64,000 nucleotides of DNA, from NCBI RefSeq assembly GCF_006345805.1, contig NC_043006.1, positions 77,128,001-77,192,000 of the forward strand. Direction: 5' to 3'. Source of the DNA: Octopus sinensis (Eukaryota). Positions 1 through 11,739 of the stretch are shown in pieces. The notes under the pieces are model-generated. The model had not been told where the DNA came from. It saw only the letters and a program-made list of their open reading frames with translations, and searched no databases. Made by a program: the position numbers and the translations under genes. The stretch's first letter is position 1. Every line of letters begins with the position of its first letter.

Positions 1-25
1 CACACATACACACACACATACACAC

Positions 26-79
<54 letters not shown>

Positions 80-1224
80 TCCGACGAACGAGAACGTGAA
101 ACGCAGCCCAGCAGTTTTTATGTATGCATGTATGTATCTATGTATGTATTACACTGTCATATTTTTCAGTATGCTTGCGTTGTATTCTTACCGTTGATAT
201 ATGATATTTCTAAATTCGTATATTCGTATATTCTTCAACTGATAATGACAGTCGATATTTATGCAGTGCGAATAAAACTGTTTAATAACCTTAATTATGT
301 GGTTAATGAGTTCCATAATCTAAACCAAAATTCAGTTGTCAAAGCAGATAAAATTTTTGTGGTATGGTTCATTAACACACAAATACCCATCCAATATTTT
401 CCATTAGCCGCTTCGTTTCATATGTATTAGAGAATGTTGAGATATACTGAATGGAATATAAAAATGTATATTGTATGAAAGATGTGTTTTGTTCCATATA
501 TAACAAATCTTTTCGGTCGTCAAATATGCTGAAATTTATAGAAGTATGCACCATATCTATACATTCACATATATACGCCCCACTCCTGTATTATATATTT
601 GCGTGTGGGTGTGTGAATGTGAATAAATGTATATGTGTGTGTGTGCGCGCGTGTGTGTGTATATTCGCTTATATTCATATATTTCTCCCTCTCTCTCTCT
701 CCCTACATACACATATATGTGCGTGTGTGTGTTTGTATATAAGCGTATGTGTTCCATGCGTATACACGCGCATAGACTCTATCACACAAACACACACGTG
801 CAGACATATACATATATATATATACATATATATATATTATATATATATATATAATATATATATATATATAAATTATATATATATATATACATATATATTA
901 TATCTATATGCATATTATATATATATATCATATATATATTATGTATATTATACATATATATATTTATATATATGTATATATATATATATATGTATATATA
1001 TATACATATATATATATATACAATATATATATATATATATATATAGATAAGAAAGTTTGTTTGGTAAAGCACGTGGGTGAATATATAAGAAAATAGTAAA
1101 GTGTGAAAAAACGACAGAAGGCTTAAATGTTAAAAAATATATATATTTGTGTCAAAATGTCTGGAGAATATTGGAAAAATTTTTTTTTCCTTTCCTTAAA
1201 ATGACATAATTTAAAAAATTTTTT

Positions 1225-1264
1225 AAGAAATTACCGGTTTCGCGTGTAGCTTTTCAAATTTCTT
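1225..1264 (-). ncRNA. Minimal type I hammerhead ribozyme motif, U3-A8 core variant
   Basis: Reverse complement of the 2545-2584 motif, about 40 nt downstream of the PLE stop codon on the sense strand. Confidence 0.65.
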
Positions 1265-1303
1265 GTGACGTTATGTTTATATTGCATGGAATTATCGTTG
1301 TTT

Positions 1304-2008
1304 TTATTTCCAGGAGATTTCTAAATAAGGGGAGGTAGTGAGTGATTTTTTCCGGTGTAGGGGAGATAATCGCTTAAAATTTTTTTTTCCTTTTTCCTTG
1401 TTAATTCTCTGTGTCAGTATGTTCGGATGGTTGAGTCTGGGTTTGTACTTTTCAATGAAGAATGTTTCCTTGTTCAGTCTCATTTGTGTTGATGATCCGA
1501 AAGCACATTGGTAAAATGGGAAGATTAAAAATTGTGGCAGTAGTTGCTTTGCGCATTTCTCAATGTGCTCACTAAAAGGTATCATTCTATATTCTGGGAA
1601 TGCAATCTGTTGTCGATGCAGTGTGCATCTGCGCCTGAGTGATAGTCCCGTGGAACCCACGTAGTCTTGGTGGCAGCCCGAGCATTTAATAACATAAATT
1701 ATGTTTTCAGAGGCACAAGTAAAGTTAGATTTGATCTTAAATTTCTGTCCCTCTTTAAAGAAGAATTCTGATCCTTCCAATAGGTTAGGACATGTTGCAC
1801 AGTTCGATCTACCACATTTTTTTACTTTTGCATCCGTAATTTTAGAAGACAATTTTGCCTTTGTGAGAATCTTTTTAAGTGATTTAGGCTGTTTGTAGCT
1901 TTTAATGATTTGGTGTATGTTTAGAATTTCCTTTAATTTTGGGTTTTTATGAAGTATTGGTAAATTCTGGGTGATGATGGTGAAGAAAAGTTCAACACAA
2001 CAACACAC
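1304..2008 (-). CDS. 5'-truncated PLE polyprotein C-terminus: Cys/His linker plus GIY-YIG endonuclease
   Basis: KCGRSNCATC zinc-binding linker followed by FTCASENIIYVIKCSGCHQDYVGSTGLSLRRRCTLHR (GIY-YIG signature) and SEH...ETFFI...PRLN. PLE homology starts at 1984; the first few codons come from the junction. No RT domain is present. Confidence 0.88.
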   Translation of the reverse strand: MCCCVELFFTIITQNLPILHKNPKLKEILNIHQIIKSYKQPKSLKKILTKAKLSSKITDAKVKKCGRSNCATCPNLLEGSEFFFKEGQKFKIKSNFTCASENIIYVIKCSGCHQDYVGSTGLSLRRRCTLHRQQIAFPEYRMIPFSEHIEKCAKQLLPQFLIFPFYQCAFGSSTQMRLNKETFFIEKYKPRLNHPNILTQRINKEKGKKNFKRLSPLHRKKSLTTSPYLEISWK

Positions 2009-2396
2009 CTTCCCCGAAAATACTACCTTACATATCTACATACAACCCCAGAAACAAAGAAGCCTTCACCATCATCACCCAGAATTTACCAATACTTCAT
2101 AAAAACCCAAAATTAAAGGAAATTCTAAACATACACCAAATCAAGACTACGTGGGTTCCACGGGACTATCACTCAGGCGCAGATGCACACTGCATAGACA
2201 ACAGATTGCATTCCCAGAATATAGAATGATACCTTTTAGTGAGCACATTGAGAAATGCGCAAAGCAACTACTGCCACAATTTTTAATCTTCCCATTTTAC
2301 CAATGTGCTTTCGGATCATCAACACAAATGAGACTGAACAAGGAAACATTCTTCATTGAAAAGTACAAACCAGACTCAACCATCCGAACATACTGA
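1985..2396 (+). pseudogene. Second PLE arm: GIY-YIG fragment with about 236 bp internal deletion
   Basis: Reads LPYISTYNPRNKEAFTIITQNLPILH..., then jumps at 2142-2143 (CA microhomology) to DYVGSTG.... The linker and GIY half are deleted. Confidence 0.85.
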
Positions 2397-2544
2397 CACA
2401 GAGAATTAACAAGGAAAAAGGAAAAAAAATTTTAAGCGATTATCTCCCCTACACCGGAAAAAGTCACTCACTACCTCCCCTTATTTAGAAATCTCCTGGA
2501 AATAAAAACAACGATAATTCCATGCAATATAAACATAACGTCAC

Positions 2545-2584
2545 AAGAAATTTGAAAAGCTACACGCGAAACCGGTAATTTCTT
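2545..2584 (+). ncRNA. Minimal type I hammerhead ribozyme motif, U3-A8 core variant
   Basis: AAGAAAT-TTGAAAA-GC tacac GC-GAAA-CCGGT-A-ATTTCTT: 7-bp stem I, 2-bp stem II, palindromic ACCGGT stem III, GUA cleavage triplet. Confidence 0.65.
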
Positions 2585-2718
2585 TAAAAAATTTTTAAAT
2601 TATGTCATTTTAAGGAAAGGAAAAAAAATTTTTCCAATATTCTCCAGACATTTTGACACAAATATATATATTTTTTAACATTTAAGCCTTCTGTCGTTTT
2701 TTCACACTTTACTATTTT

Positions 2719-2782
<64 letters not shown>

Positions 2783-3486
2783 ATATATATATGTATGTAT
2801 ATACAATATATGTATGTACACACACACACATACATATACATATGTATTATTTGCGGGAGGTATTCATTCGCCGATATAGACTACCGATAAAGCAAATTTT
2901 CTAAGAAGAACGTGTCATTTGCTTGTAGAATTATTTATGGATAGAATGTGACTTACACATATTCTTTAACGTCATGGTAGTGAGTAAATTATGTTTCCTA
3001 CAGATCAGAAGGTTAGCGCATTTTTGCTTGAAGCATACATATATATAATGTGTGTGTGTGCATGCGTGTGTGAGTGTGCCTGTGTTTGTGTCTATATGTG
3101 TATGCGTGCGTGAGTGCAGGCTAGCAATTCCGTGTGCGTGTGTGTGTATTAGAGTATAAGTGCATTTGCCAAGAGCCCTACTTTCAGTCTTTGAATCATT
3201 TTTTATCATCCGCAGACAAGAGAATAAAATAAATCACTGTATATTCATGTCTTCCTTTATACTTTTTATCCTCTGTGTTCTACCGAATATACATATAAAT
3301 ATAGGTATATATTTATATCCATATGGTCCTATCAAGAGAACAGCTTACTCGTGAAATTGACGGGCAGCAGGCTGAGTATCCACAGATAGTCGTAGCATTG
3401 ACGTGGTTCTCAGGGTGACTCAACGTGACACAGGTGGCACTTTGAAATACAAGCACGGCTTATTTTTGTCAGTTGAGTAAATTGGA

Positions 3487-3917
3487 CAGGAGTGGCTGTG
3501 TGGTAAGTAGCTTGTCTACCGACCACATGGTTCCGGATTCAGTCCCACTGCGTGGCACCTTGGGCAAGTATCTTCTACTATAGCTTCGGGCCGACCAAAG
3601 CCTTGTGAGTGGATTTGGTAGACGGAAACTGAAAGAAGCCCGTCGTATATATGTATATATATATATATATATATAATATATATATATATGCACGTGTGTG
3701 TTTGTGCGTCTGTGTTTGTCCCCTAGCATTGCTTGACACTAAATGCTGGTGTGTTTATGTCCCCGTTACTTAGCGGTTCGGCATAAGAGACCGATAGAAT
3801 AAGTACTGGGCTTACAAAAGAATAAGTCCCGAGGTCGAGTTGCTCGATTAAAGGCGGTGCTCCAGCATGGCCACAGTCAAATGACTGAAACAAGTAAAAG
3901 AGAAAAAGAGAGAGAGA
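3487..3917 (+). mobile_element. tRNA-derived SINE, family A (full length)
   Basis: Head with A/B-box-like GTGGCTGTGTGG and GGTTCCGGATTCAGTCCC, internal TA/TG tract, (AAAAGAG)n tail. At least 8 other copies in the window. Confidence 0.9.
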
Positions 3918-3927
3918 ATATGAAATA

Positions 3928-4134
3928 CAGTAAACCCTCGCCATATCGTGGTTTACCTATCGCGCACTCAGTACATTGCGGACTTTTCTGGTTAATATAT
4001 GTAAATTTATATCACGGACTTTTCGGTATATCACGGGCTTCTGCGACTCATAGGTATTTATATTTCTTTTAGATTTTAATTTTTTCTGTGGAAGGTTTTG
4101 GAACGTAACACCTGCGATAGTCGGGGGCTTACTG
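3928..4134. mobile_element. pogo/Tigger-like MITE, about 207 bp
   Basis: TA-CAGTAAACCCTCGCCATATCG ... CGATAGTCGGGGGCTTACTG-TA: imperfect TIRs and TA TSD. A related right end is at about 30275-30344. Confidence 0.75.
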
Positions 4135-4229
4135 TAAAGTGAATGGTATAATAGGACAACGCTGGTTGTCAGGCAGTGATGAGGGTGACAAAACCAGGCA
4201 CAAAAACACGCACACACATGTTTATATAC

Positions 4230-4320
<91 letters not shown>

Positions 4321-4321
<1 letters not shown>

Positions 4322-4481
4322 TACGACGCGATTCTCTGACTTTCTATTTACCAAATTTACTCACAAGGTTTTGGTAGGCCCGTGGCTATTCTAGAAGACA
4401 CTTGCCCAGGTGCCTCGGAGTGGAACTGAACCCGGAATCATGTGCTTTTGGAGCAAGTTTCTCACCGCGCAGCCACGCCTG
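4321..4481 (-). mobile_element. SINE family A, diverged 5' half
   Basis: Similar to the head of 3487-3917 on the opposite strand. Confidence 0.75.
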
Positions 4482-5230
4482 ACACTGTGAAGCTTAGCTG
4501 TCAACGTCCGTAGCTTGTGTACGTTTCTGTGTGTGTACGTATGTATATGCATGCATATATGCATGTATATATGTATGTGAGTCTGAATGCATGCATGTGT
4601 GTGTATGTTAAGTATATTTATATGTGTGTATCGTTTCTTGTAAGTACTCGAGTATATATACGAATGGCGTTCTCGATGTCTGTAGTGTATTCCATCGGTC
4701 CTTCAGATCTGGGACTTCGTTCAATCACTGTAACCCACAATTACACCTTTGTTTTTCATGTCTCTGGAAAAACAGTGTGAGAATACAAGGAATTGCATCA
4801 ACATTTAGATTTCAGTTCCACTGTCGCATACACTCTCACATGGAGACACTAATATGTACAACGCACACACTTGCACACACATGCACACATACAAACACAC
4901 TTACGCACACACTCTCACACACACATATGCATGTATCGTATATATTAATATTAAAATGAATCTGGAAATGGTACTTCTATGTTGTTACTTCCAGATAGAT
5001 GATTAACTGATCTCATTTTAACATACATACATATTAACACACACATACACACACACACACATATATATATAGGTCTGTGCATGTGTGTGTGCATGTGTGT
5101 GTATTCTGTGTATGTGCTTTTCTATGTATGCGTGTTGTGTATAAATACAACTGCATATGTATTTACATACATATATGTATATACAGACACACACACCTGT
5201 ATATATGTATAAATATATATATATATATAT

Positions 5231-5261
<31 letters not shown>

Positions 5262-5665
5262 TATATATATACACACATATTGATATATACTATATACATA
5301 TATAATATATACATGCATATATATATATACATATATATACATGCATACATATATGCATACACACACACACATATATATATATATTTAGCTCGTGTCTGTA
5401 AAGGAAGTCATAAATATACCTCCCATATACAGACACACATTGCAGCATTTTACACGCAAATAACACACACACACATATATACACACACACGCACGCGCGC
5501 ACACACTCATAGACAGACACCCAAGAAGACTTACTGACGCTCGCACTCATGCACACAAACTAATCTTTGTAATTTTATACGGCTATAAATCCCGGTGTGA
5601 GTTTATGTTTATATACATATGATGTGTGTGGCTCTGTATGTGTGTGTACGTGCATGCTTTCGTAT

Positions 5666-7708
5666 ATGTGTGTGTATGTGTGTGTGTGCATGTGTTTACG
5701 TATGTATGCGTGTGTGTGTGTGCGTGTGCACCTTTTGTGATATCATGTAAATGGATTGTGACTTTTGTAATAATATTTCACCAAGCCAGTGACGTGTGTG
5801 TGCGTATGTCTGAAGTATTATAGGCAACCTATTTCTCTAAGTATGTATGCATATTGTTGCTTCATGTGTGTAAAATTCTGTACGGTTTTCATACCGTGTC
5901 TTTCTATGTATCTGCGTGTGAGTTTCTGTTTCTATACGTATCCGTGTGCGTAAAGGTTTCTTTAACTGTGAGTGTACCTGTTTGCGTTTATGATTTATGG
6001 GGCACGCTAGACATCCATGTTGTCTTGTCAACATTGACGTACATTATTCTTTCATAATATTTCTCCGATATTTTTTGTTGTTCTCTTCTTAATTTTATTC
6101 TCTGAATTGTCAATCATTTCAAAGAACCTCCGACAATTTTGCTCCATGCATCGATAAATATAAAAATGACATTTATAACTAGATTCACATCATTCAATTT
6201 TCTCTCCTCCATCGCCGGTTTCTTCATGTAATGATACAAGTATGCTGAAAGCAACGTGCCTATTACTTCGATTCTAATTTACTGACGACTCCGCTACCGG
6301 AATGGCGCATGCGCATATAAAAAAAGGGAAATCATATTGACCTATTTTGTACAAAAAAAACCCACCTTCTTTACTGGTTTCAGTCATTGACTGCGGCCAT
6401 GCTGAAGCAACGCCTTTATTCGGGCAAATCGACCTCAGGACTTATTTTTTGTAAGCCTGGTACTTATTCTATCGGTCTCTTTTGCCGTACGCTAAGTTAC
6501 GGGGACGTAAACACACCAGCATCGGATGTTGGGGTGACAAATACAGACACTTACACACACACACACACACATATTATACATATATATATCAAAATGATGG
6601 AAGGTAAAATTGATCTCGGTGAAATTTGAACTCAGAATTCTGCCCTTCGTCCTTTCAAATCGACATAATATATAAAGATGTGTGTGTATGTGTGTGTGTG
6701 CATGTGTTTACGTATGTATGCGTGTGTGTGTGTGCGTGTGCACCTTTTGTGATATCATGTAAATGGATTGTGACTTTTGTAATAATATTTCACCAAGCCA
6801 GTGACGTGTGTGTGCGTATGTCTGAAGTATTATAGGCAACCTATTTCTCTAAGTATGTATGCATATTGTTGCTTCATGTGTGTAAAATTCTGTACGGTTT
6901 TCATACCGTGTCTTTCTATGTATCTGCGTGTGAGTTTCTGTTTCTATACGTATCCGTGTGCGTAAAGGTTTCTTTAACTGTGAGTGTACCTGTTTGCGTT
7001 TATGATTTATGGGGCACGCTAGACATCCATGTTGTCTTGTCAACATTGACGTACATTATTCTTTCATAATATTTCTCCGATATTTTTTGTTGTTCTCTTC
7101 TTATTTTATTCTCTGAATTGTCAATCATTTCAAGAACCTCCGACAATTTTGCTCCATGCATCGATAAATATAAAAATGACATTTATAACTAGATTCACAT
7201 CATTCAATTTTCTCTCCTCCATCGCCGGTTTCTTCATGTAATGATACAAGTATGCTGAAAGCAACGTGCCTATTACTTCGATTCTAATTACTGACGACTC
7301 CGCTACCGGAATGGCGCATGCGCATATAAAAAAAGGGAAATCATATTGACCTATTTTGTACAAAAAAAACCCACCTTCTTTACTGGTTTCAGTCATTTGA
7401 CTGCGGCCATGCTGAAGCAACGCCTTTATTCGGGCAAATCGACCTCAGGACTTATTTTTTGTAAGCCTGGTACTTATTCTATCGGTCTCTTTTGCCGTAC
7501 GCTAAGTTACGGGGACGTAAACACACCAGCATCGGATGTTGGGGTGACAAATACAGACACTTACACACACACACACACACATATATATACATATATATAT
7601 CAAAATGATGGAAGGTAAAATTGATCTCGGTGAAATTTGAACTCAGAATTCTGCCCTTCGTCCTTTCAAATCGACATAATATATAAAGATGTGTGTGTAT
7701 GTGTGTGT
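5666..7708. repeat. Near-identical tandem duplication, unit about 1012 bp
   Basis: 5666-6677 and 6678-7688 differ almost only by 1-nt indels. Breakpoints lie in a shared 20-bp ATGTGTGTGTATGTGTGTGT tract. Confidence 0.95.
6367..6560 (-). mobile_element. SINE family A 3' half (duplicated at 7376-7570)
   Basis: tttcagtcattgactgcggccatgctg...acaccagcatcgg matches family A. Confidence 0.8.
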
Positions 7709-7734
7709 ATCTATATTTATATATATATATATTG

Positions 7735-7890
7735 TAATATGTGTCATTTATTCGATAGCCATGATAAAACTCCGAGGTTCGGATGTCATGACTACCGAAT
7801 AATTGTCACAGTGTATTTACAAATAAATTACTCTACTTACATAATATCGAGGTCCCTTTCATTCTCTTGTTGTCTTACCATTTCTATCAA
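7735..7890 (-). mobile_element. Deleted copy of the HHR-bearing element at 55142-55335
   Basis: Shares gatagccatgataaaact.cgag.ttcggatg and cataatatcgaggtc...gttgtcttaccattt. The ribozyme core is deleted. Confidence 0.65.
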
Positions 7891-8095
7891 TATATTTATA
7901 TGTTTGTGTGTGTGTGTATGAATATATACAGATATATAAATGTACACACACACGCACCTACGCACTGACACACACACCCATACACACGCACGCATCATAC
8001 GCTTGTAAGCGTACAGAATGTAATTATAGGTTTCAATTTGTCTATCTCTCTATATATGTAAATATCTACCTGTAATTATGTGTATGTGTGTGTGT

Positions 8096-8127
<32 letters not shown>

Positions 8128-8386
8128 CTGTGTATACCTACAAAAATATAATTAAGCATAGACAGGTGTATAAATAACCCTGTACAAAGCTAGGCTTGGA
8201 TGCGTTTCTCCCAACCTCAGAAAAGTAACGTCATTACTTTTACACACAAATATGAATAATTCATTCAGAAGCACATCTATTGCTTTCTGACAGATGGAAG
8301 ATCTCTGTGTATACGTGTGTGCGCGCATGTCTGCTCGTGCTAATGTGTATGCATACACGTGCATATATACAAAACGTACACACGCT

Positions 8387-8437
<51 letters not shown>

Positions 8438-8611
8438 CTACATACATACATGTGGTTGTTATTTGATCTTATAAGTTTTGGAGCGACATTGTGTATCTTC
8501 CTCTGCGGGATCATATTTTAATTTGCGCTTTTCTCTATTGGAATGAAGAATAAATTTCGTTTTTGGATTTGGTTTGCAATATTCTTTATGTGAGTTCGTG
8601 TGTTGAAGCAT

Positions 8612-8801
8612 ATTCTGTTGTGTCTGGGGAAAATCATTTTCTTTTTGTGCCTTATAATTTAACACACTCACTCAAAGTTTGCAAGACGCAACGAGAAGTT
8701 TAGGAAAATAAGAATAAGAAATAAGTGGAAATTTTACCGGTGTGTGTGTTAAATTATATGGCACAAAAAGAAAATGACTCTCTCCCCAGACACGACAGAA
8801 T
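8612..8801. repeat. Inverted repeat, about 56-bp arms with about 76-bp spacer (MITE-like)
   Basis: 8612-8667 matches the reverse complement of 8744-8801 with a few mismatches. Confidence 0.8.
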
Positions 8802-9116
8802 GAAGAATGTACTTTTAAAGGAAATGTATTGTATACCAGTACTTTATCCTTCCATTCTGTTCTTTTCCTCCTATTAAGAATATATTACGTGTGCGCGTGC
8901 ACGTATGTCTGTGTGACTCCTGTGTATGTTTATGTGTATTCACGTGTGTTACTCTGTATGTGCAACAAACGTGTGCGCGTTAGTGTTGTTGTTTTACCCT
9001 GTGGACAATTTAAACTGTACACTCATTATGGTTGCGACATCCTAGGTTTGTTTTTGTCTTACGAAGAATATAGTATGTTATATCGATTTCGTAACGATGA
9101 TGGCACGAGACCAGCA

Positions 9117-9300
9117 ATTTTCGGGAAGGGGATAAGTTGATTTCATCAACACCAGTGCTCAACTGGTACTTATTTTATCGATGCCGAAAGGATGAAAGTT
9201 AAATTCGACTTCGGCGGGGTTTGAACTGAGAAGGTCAAAACAAACGAAATGTCACTAAGCATTTTGACCTGTGTGCTAATAATTCTTTTAGCTTGCCGTC
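9117..9300 (-). mobile_element. tRNA-derived SINE, family B (diverged)
   Basis: ctggtacttattttatcgatgccgaaaggatgaaagttaaattcgac matches the family B core. Confidence 0.75.
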
Positions 9301-10642
9301 GTAACATATGCAATATCAATGAAACTTGGTGAGTAGGACATAGGAGTATTAAATGTTAACACCGAACATAAATTCACCTCTGTATATACATCAATGATCT
9401 GCAAAATAGCCATCAGATTGTAAAATATGTCATTTCAAGATGGAAATATTTACTTGTGTCTGTTTCATAATGCGGATGTTCTTTAACCAGGAATTTTCGA
9501 ACTGAGTAATTGTACTCTAGCTGTAAACAATATATTACGGCAGCTGACCGAGGACATGATACAGATTTAAAACAGCATTAAACCAAATAGAAAATCAACT
9601 GCTATAAACCTTAGCAATAATTTATAATCTTCAGAAATATGTTATTCTTGTTTTGTGCCATATATCTGCTTTTTACGTAGAAATATTTAGCTTCATATGA
9701 CAACCCAATCACAATGAGGTTTCATAAAAAAAAAAAATGTGAGGTAAGAAATCAAATAAAATACTTAAAAGTGAATCGGTTTTCCCCAGTTAGAGAAAAG
9801 AAATATGTCAAACACAACGCTTATGGATTATTACAATGAAAATATGAATTAATTCACAGACTTTGAGCAGTTTCTAATAAAAGAAATGAAAAGCAGGAAA
9901 CAGGAGAAAGACTGGAAAATTCAATAGATGTCTAGGGCAGATAAAGCAATAAATACAGAACTGTATGCTTTTGAATAATACGATGAGATAAAAAAAAAAA
10001 AAGAGAAAGAAAATAAAAATTCAGCCATTGAACTGTGCTGAAGAACAAGCCGACTCTTAATTGTCAAATACTTCTTAAATCAAAACAATATTGATTAAGT
10101 ATTTAGAATTACAAACTTGAACGTAAATGAAAAGCAAACAGACGTATTGAGCAGTATCAAAAAGATTTCTCAAAGACACAACAAACTCGACCATGTATAT
10201 TCAATAAAAGAAACAAACACAAATTTAAAAGCATAATAATATTGTGCAGATAAAGAAAATAACAATAAGGAAATTCTTAATCCCTGTTGGCCATCAAGTT
10301 TTCTGGCATAAAAACTTCATAAATCTGCTCTCAGCATTGCAAAGACATAATGCTCAATATTTAGCTGAAATTGTACTAACATAACAAGTTCGTATACATC
10401 TGTACGAGAGAAAATGGGGTAAAATGATACATGAGAGACCTCTTACATGGTAACCATTGTCTGATTATTATCGGCAATGTTTACTGTTGGAAGGCACATT
10501 CTTTCTGCTTGAATTTAGAACTTTAATTCTCTGAATAACTGGAAGTAATTGTGAGAAACAAAAGGCCTGTTTGATATATATATATATATGAAAAAACAAA
10601 TCAAAAATAGAAAATGCTAAGATGATTTTATAGTGAATCTTT

Positions 10643-10680
10643 CAGTACCGGTTTCGGTCATTTTGAGACCTTTTCAACTG
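10643..10680 (-). ncRNA. Minimal type I hammerhead motif, U3-A8 variant
   Basis: Reverse complement of 10934-10971. Confidence 0.65.
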
Positions 10681-10933
10681 TAACGATTAAATAATTAAAT
10701 TTAGAAAAATTTAGAAAAATTAGAAGAAAGGTTTTTTTAAAGGAATACTTCCATAGTAGTGTTCAGATATAGGTGGCATTCTGCCTTTCTCTGACTCCCT
10801 TGTTTGCAAACAAAGGAGTCAGAGAAAGGCAGAATGCCACCTATATCTGAACACTACTATGGAAGTATTCCTTTAAAAAAAACCTTTCTTCTAATTTTTC
10901 TAAATTTTTCTAAATTTAATTATTTAATCGTTA

Positions 10934-10971
10934 CAGTTGAAAAGGTCTCAAAATGACCGAAACCGGTACTG
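10934..10971 (+). ncRNA. Minimal type I hammerhead motif, U3-A8 variant
   Basis: CAG-TTGAAAA-GGTC tcaaaat GACC-GAAA-CCGGT-A-CTG. Stem I extends with TT/AA beyond one A.A mismatch. Confidence 0.68.
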
Positions 10972-11065
10972 AAAGATTCACTATAAAATCATCTTAGCAT
11001 TTTCTATTTTTGACTTGTTTTTTCATATATATCAACTCGTGTGTTCCTTTCCACCCTTATACATA

Positions 11066-11119
<54 letters not shown>

Positions 11120-11739
11120 ATATGTATATATATATATACTTAAGGGAGATACAAGTGGCGTCATAACATTATAACATTTGCTTGCAACATTCGCTGACAT
11201 GCTGGATCAGGTAAAGCTCAAGAAACGTCATCATCCGGGGAAGCCAACAGCAGCAATGTAGTTCGTGAAAGAAGGAAAAACGCCAGTGAGGACAGGAAAA
11301 AAGACACTTAGGTTACTATATGGTTCTGAATCCTGAGATATAGAAGTGGACCTGGGAAGAGACTGCAGTTTCACCAGGTCGTCCTTACAACCCTGAGGCC
11401 GGATGTGGTTCTGTAGTCTGAAAAGACTAAGAAAATATTCCGGAATGGATCAGGCCTACGAATTGTAGCATGCCAAGCTCGAGAGCTTTTTCTGCATGAT
11501 TGCAGGGAGAGTGATGGCAGTCGGGATTTTTAGGAGTCGAGGTTGGTTGAAGGGGATTCGGTGTGGAAGATGCTTACAACAATTAGAATTGGAGGAAAGG
11601 AGCCAAAGGTGACTGTGTGTAAAATGGGAGCAGCAGCAGCAGCTTAAAAAGCCTCAGCTGGGTTGGTTATGGAGCAAGAGAGAAACAAGTTAAGCTGGAA
11701 GCAAGAAGGGGATGAGGAGCAATGATTTTGCCACTTGCA

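Larger units (their letters stand above)
1081..2725. mobile_element. Penelope-like element (PLE) 3' portion in head-to-head inverted (fold-back) arrangement
   Basis: 1081-1669 is the reverse complement of 2142-2725, and 1906-1984 of 2065-2143. Both arms encode the same GIY-YIG protein end. (TA)n arrays lie on both sides. Confidence 0.9.
10571..11035. repeat. Loopless about 460-bp palindrome made of a PLE-type terminal repeat
   Basis: Centre TGTTTG|CAAACA at 10806/10807. Arms differ at about 3 positions apart from TA-run length. Short TA runs at both ends. Confidence 0.95.

Noticed and set aside
77-106. CTGT-CCGACGA-ACG agaa CGT-GAAA-C-GCAG hammerhead-like string
   Set aside because: U4 is changed and there is no stem III or NUH triplet; at best a decayed relic.
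451-1096. 199-aa and neighbouring ORFs rich in YI/CV/HT repeats (also about 19970-20200, 22660-24740, 35107-35631, 52210-52497)
   Set aside because: They are translations of (TA)n, (TG)n and (GATA)n microsatellites, with no coding signal.
6282-6320. CTGACGA...TCCG ctac CGGA (also at 7291)
   Set aside because: No GAAA in register after the hairpin and no stem I.
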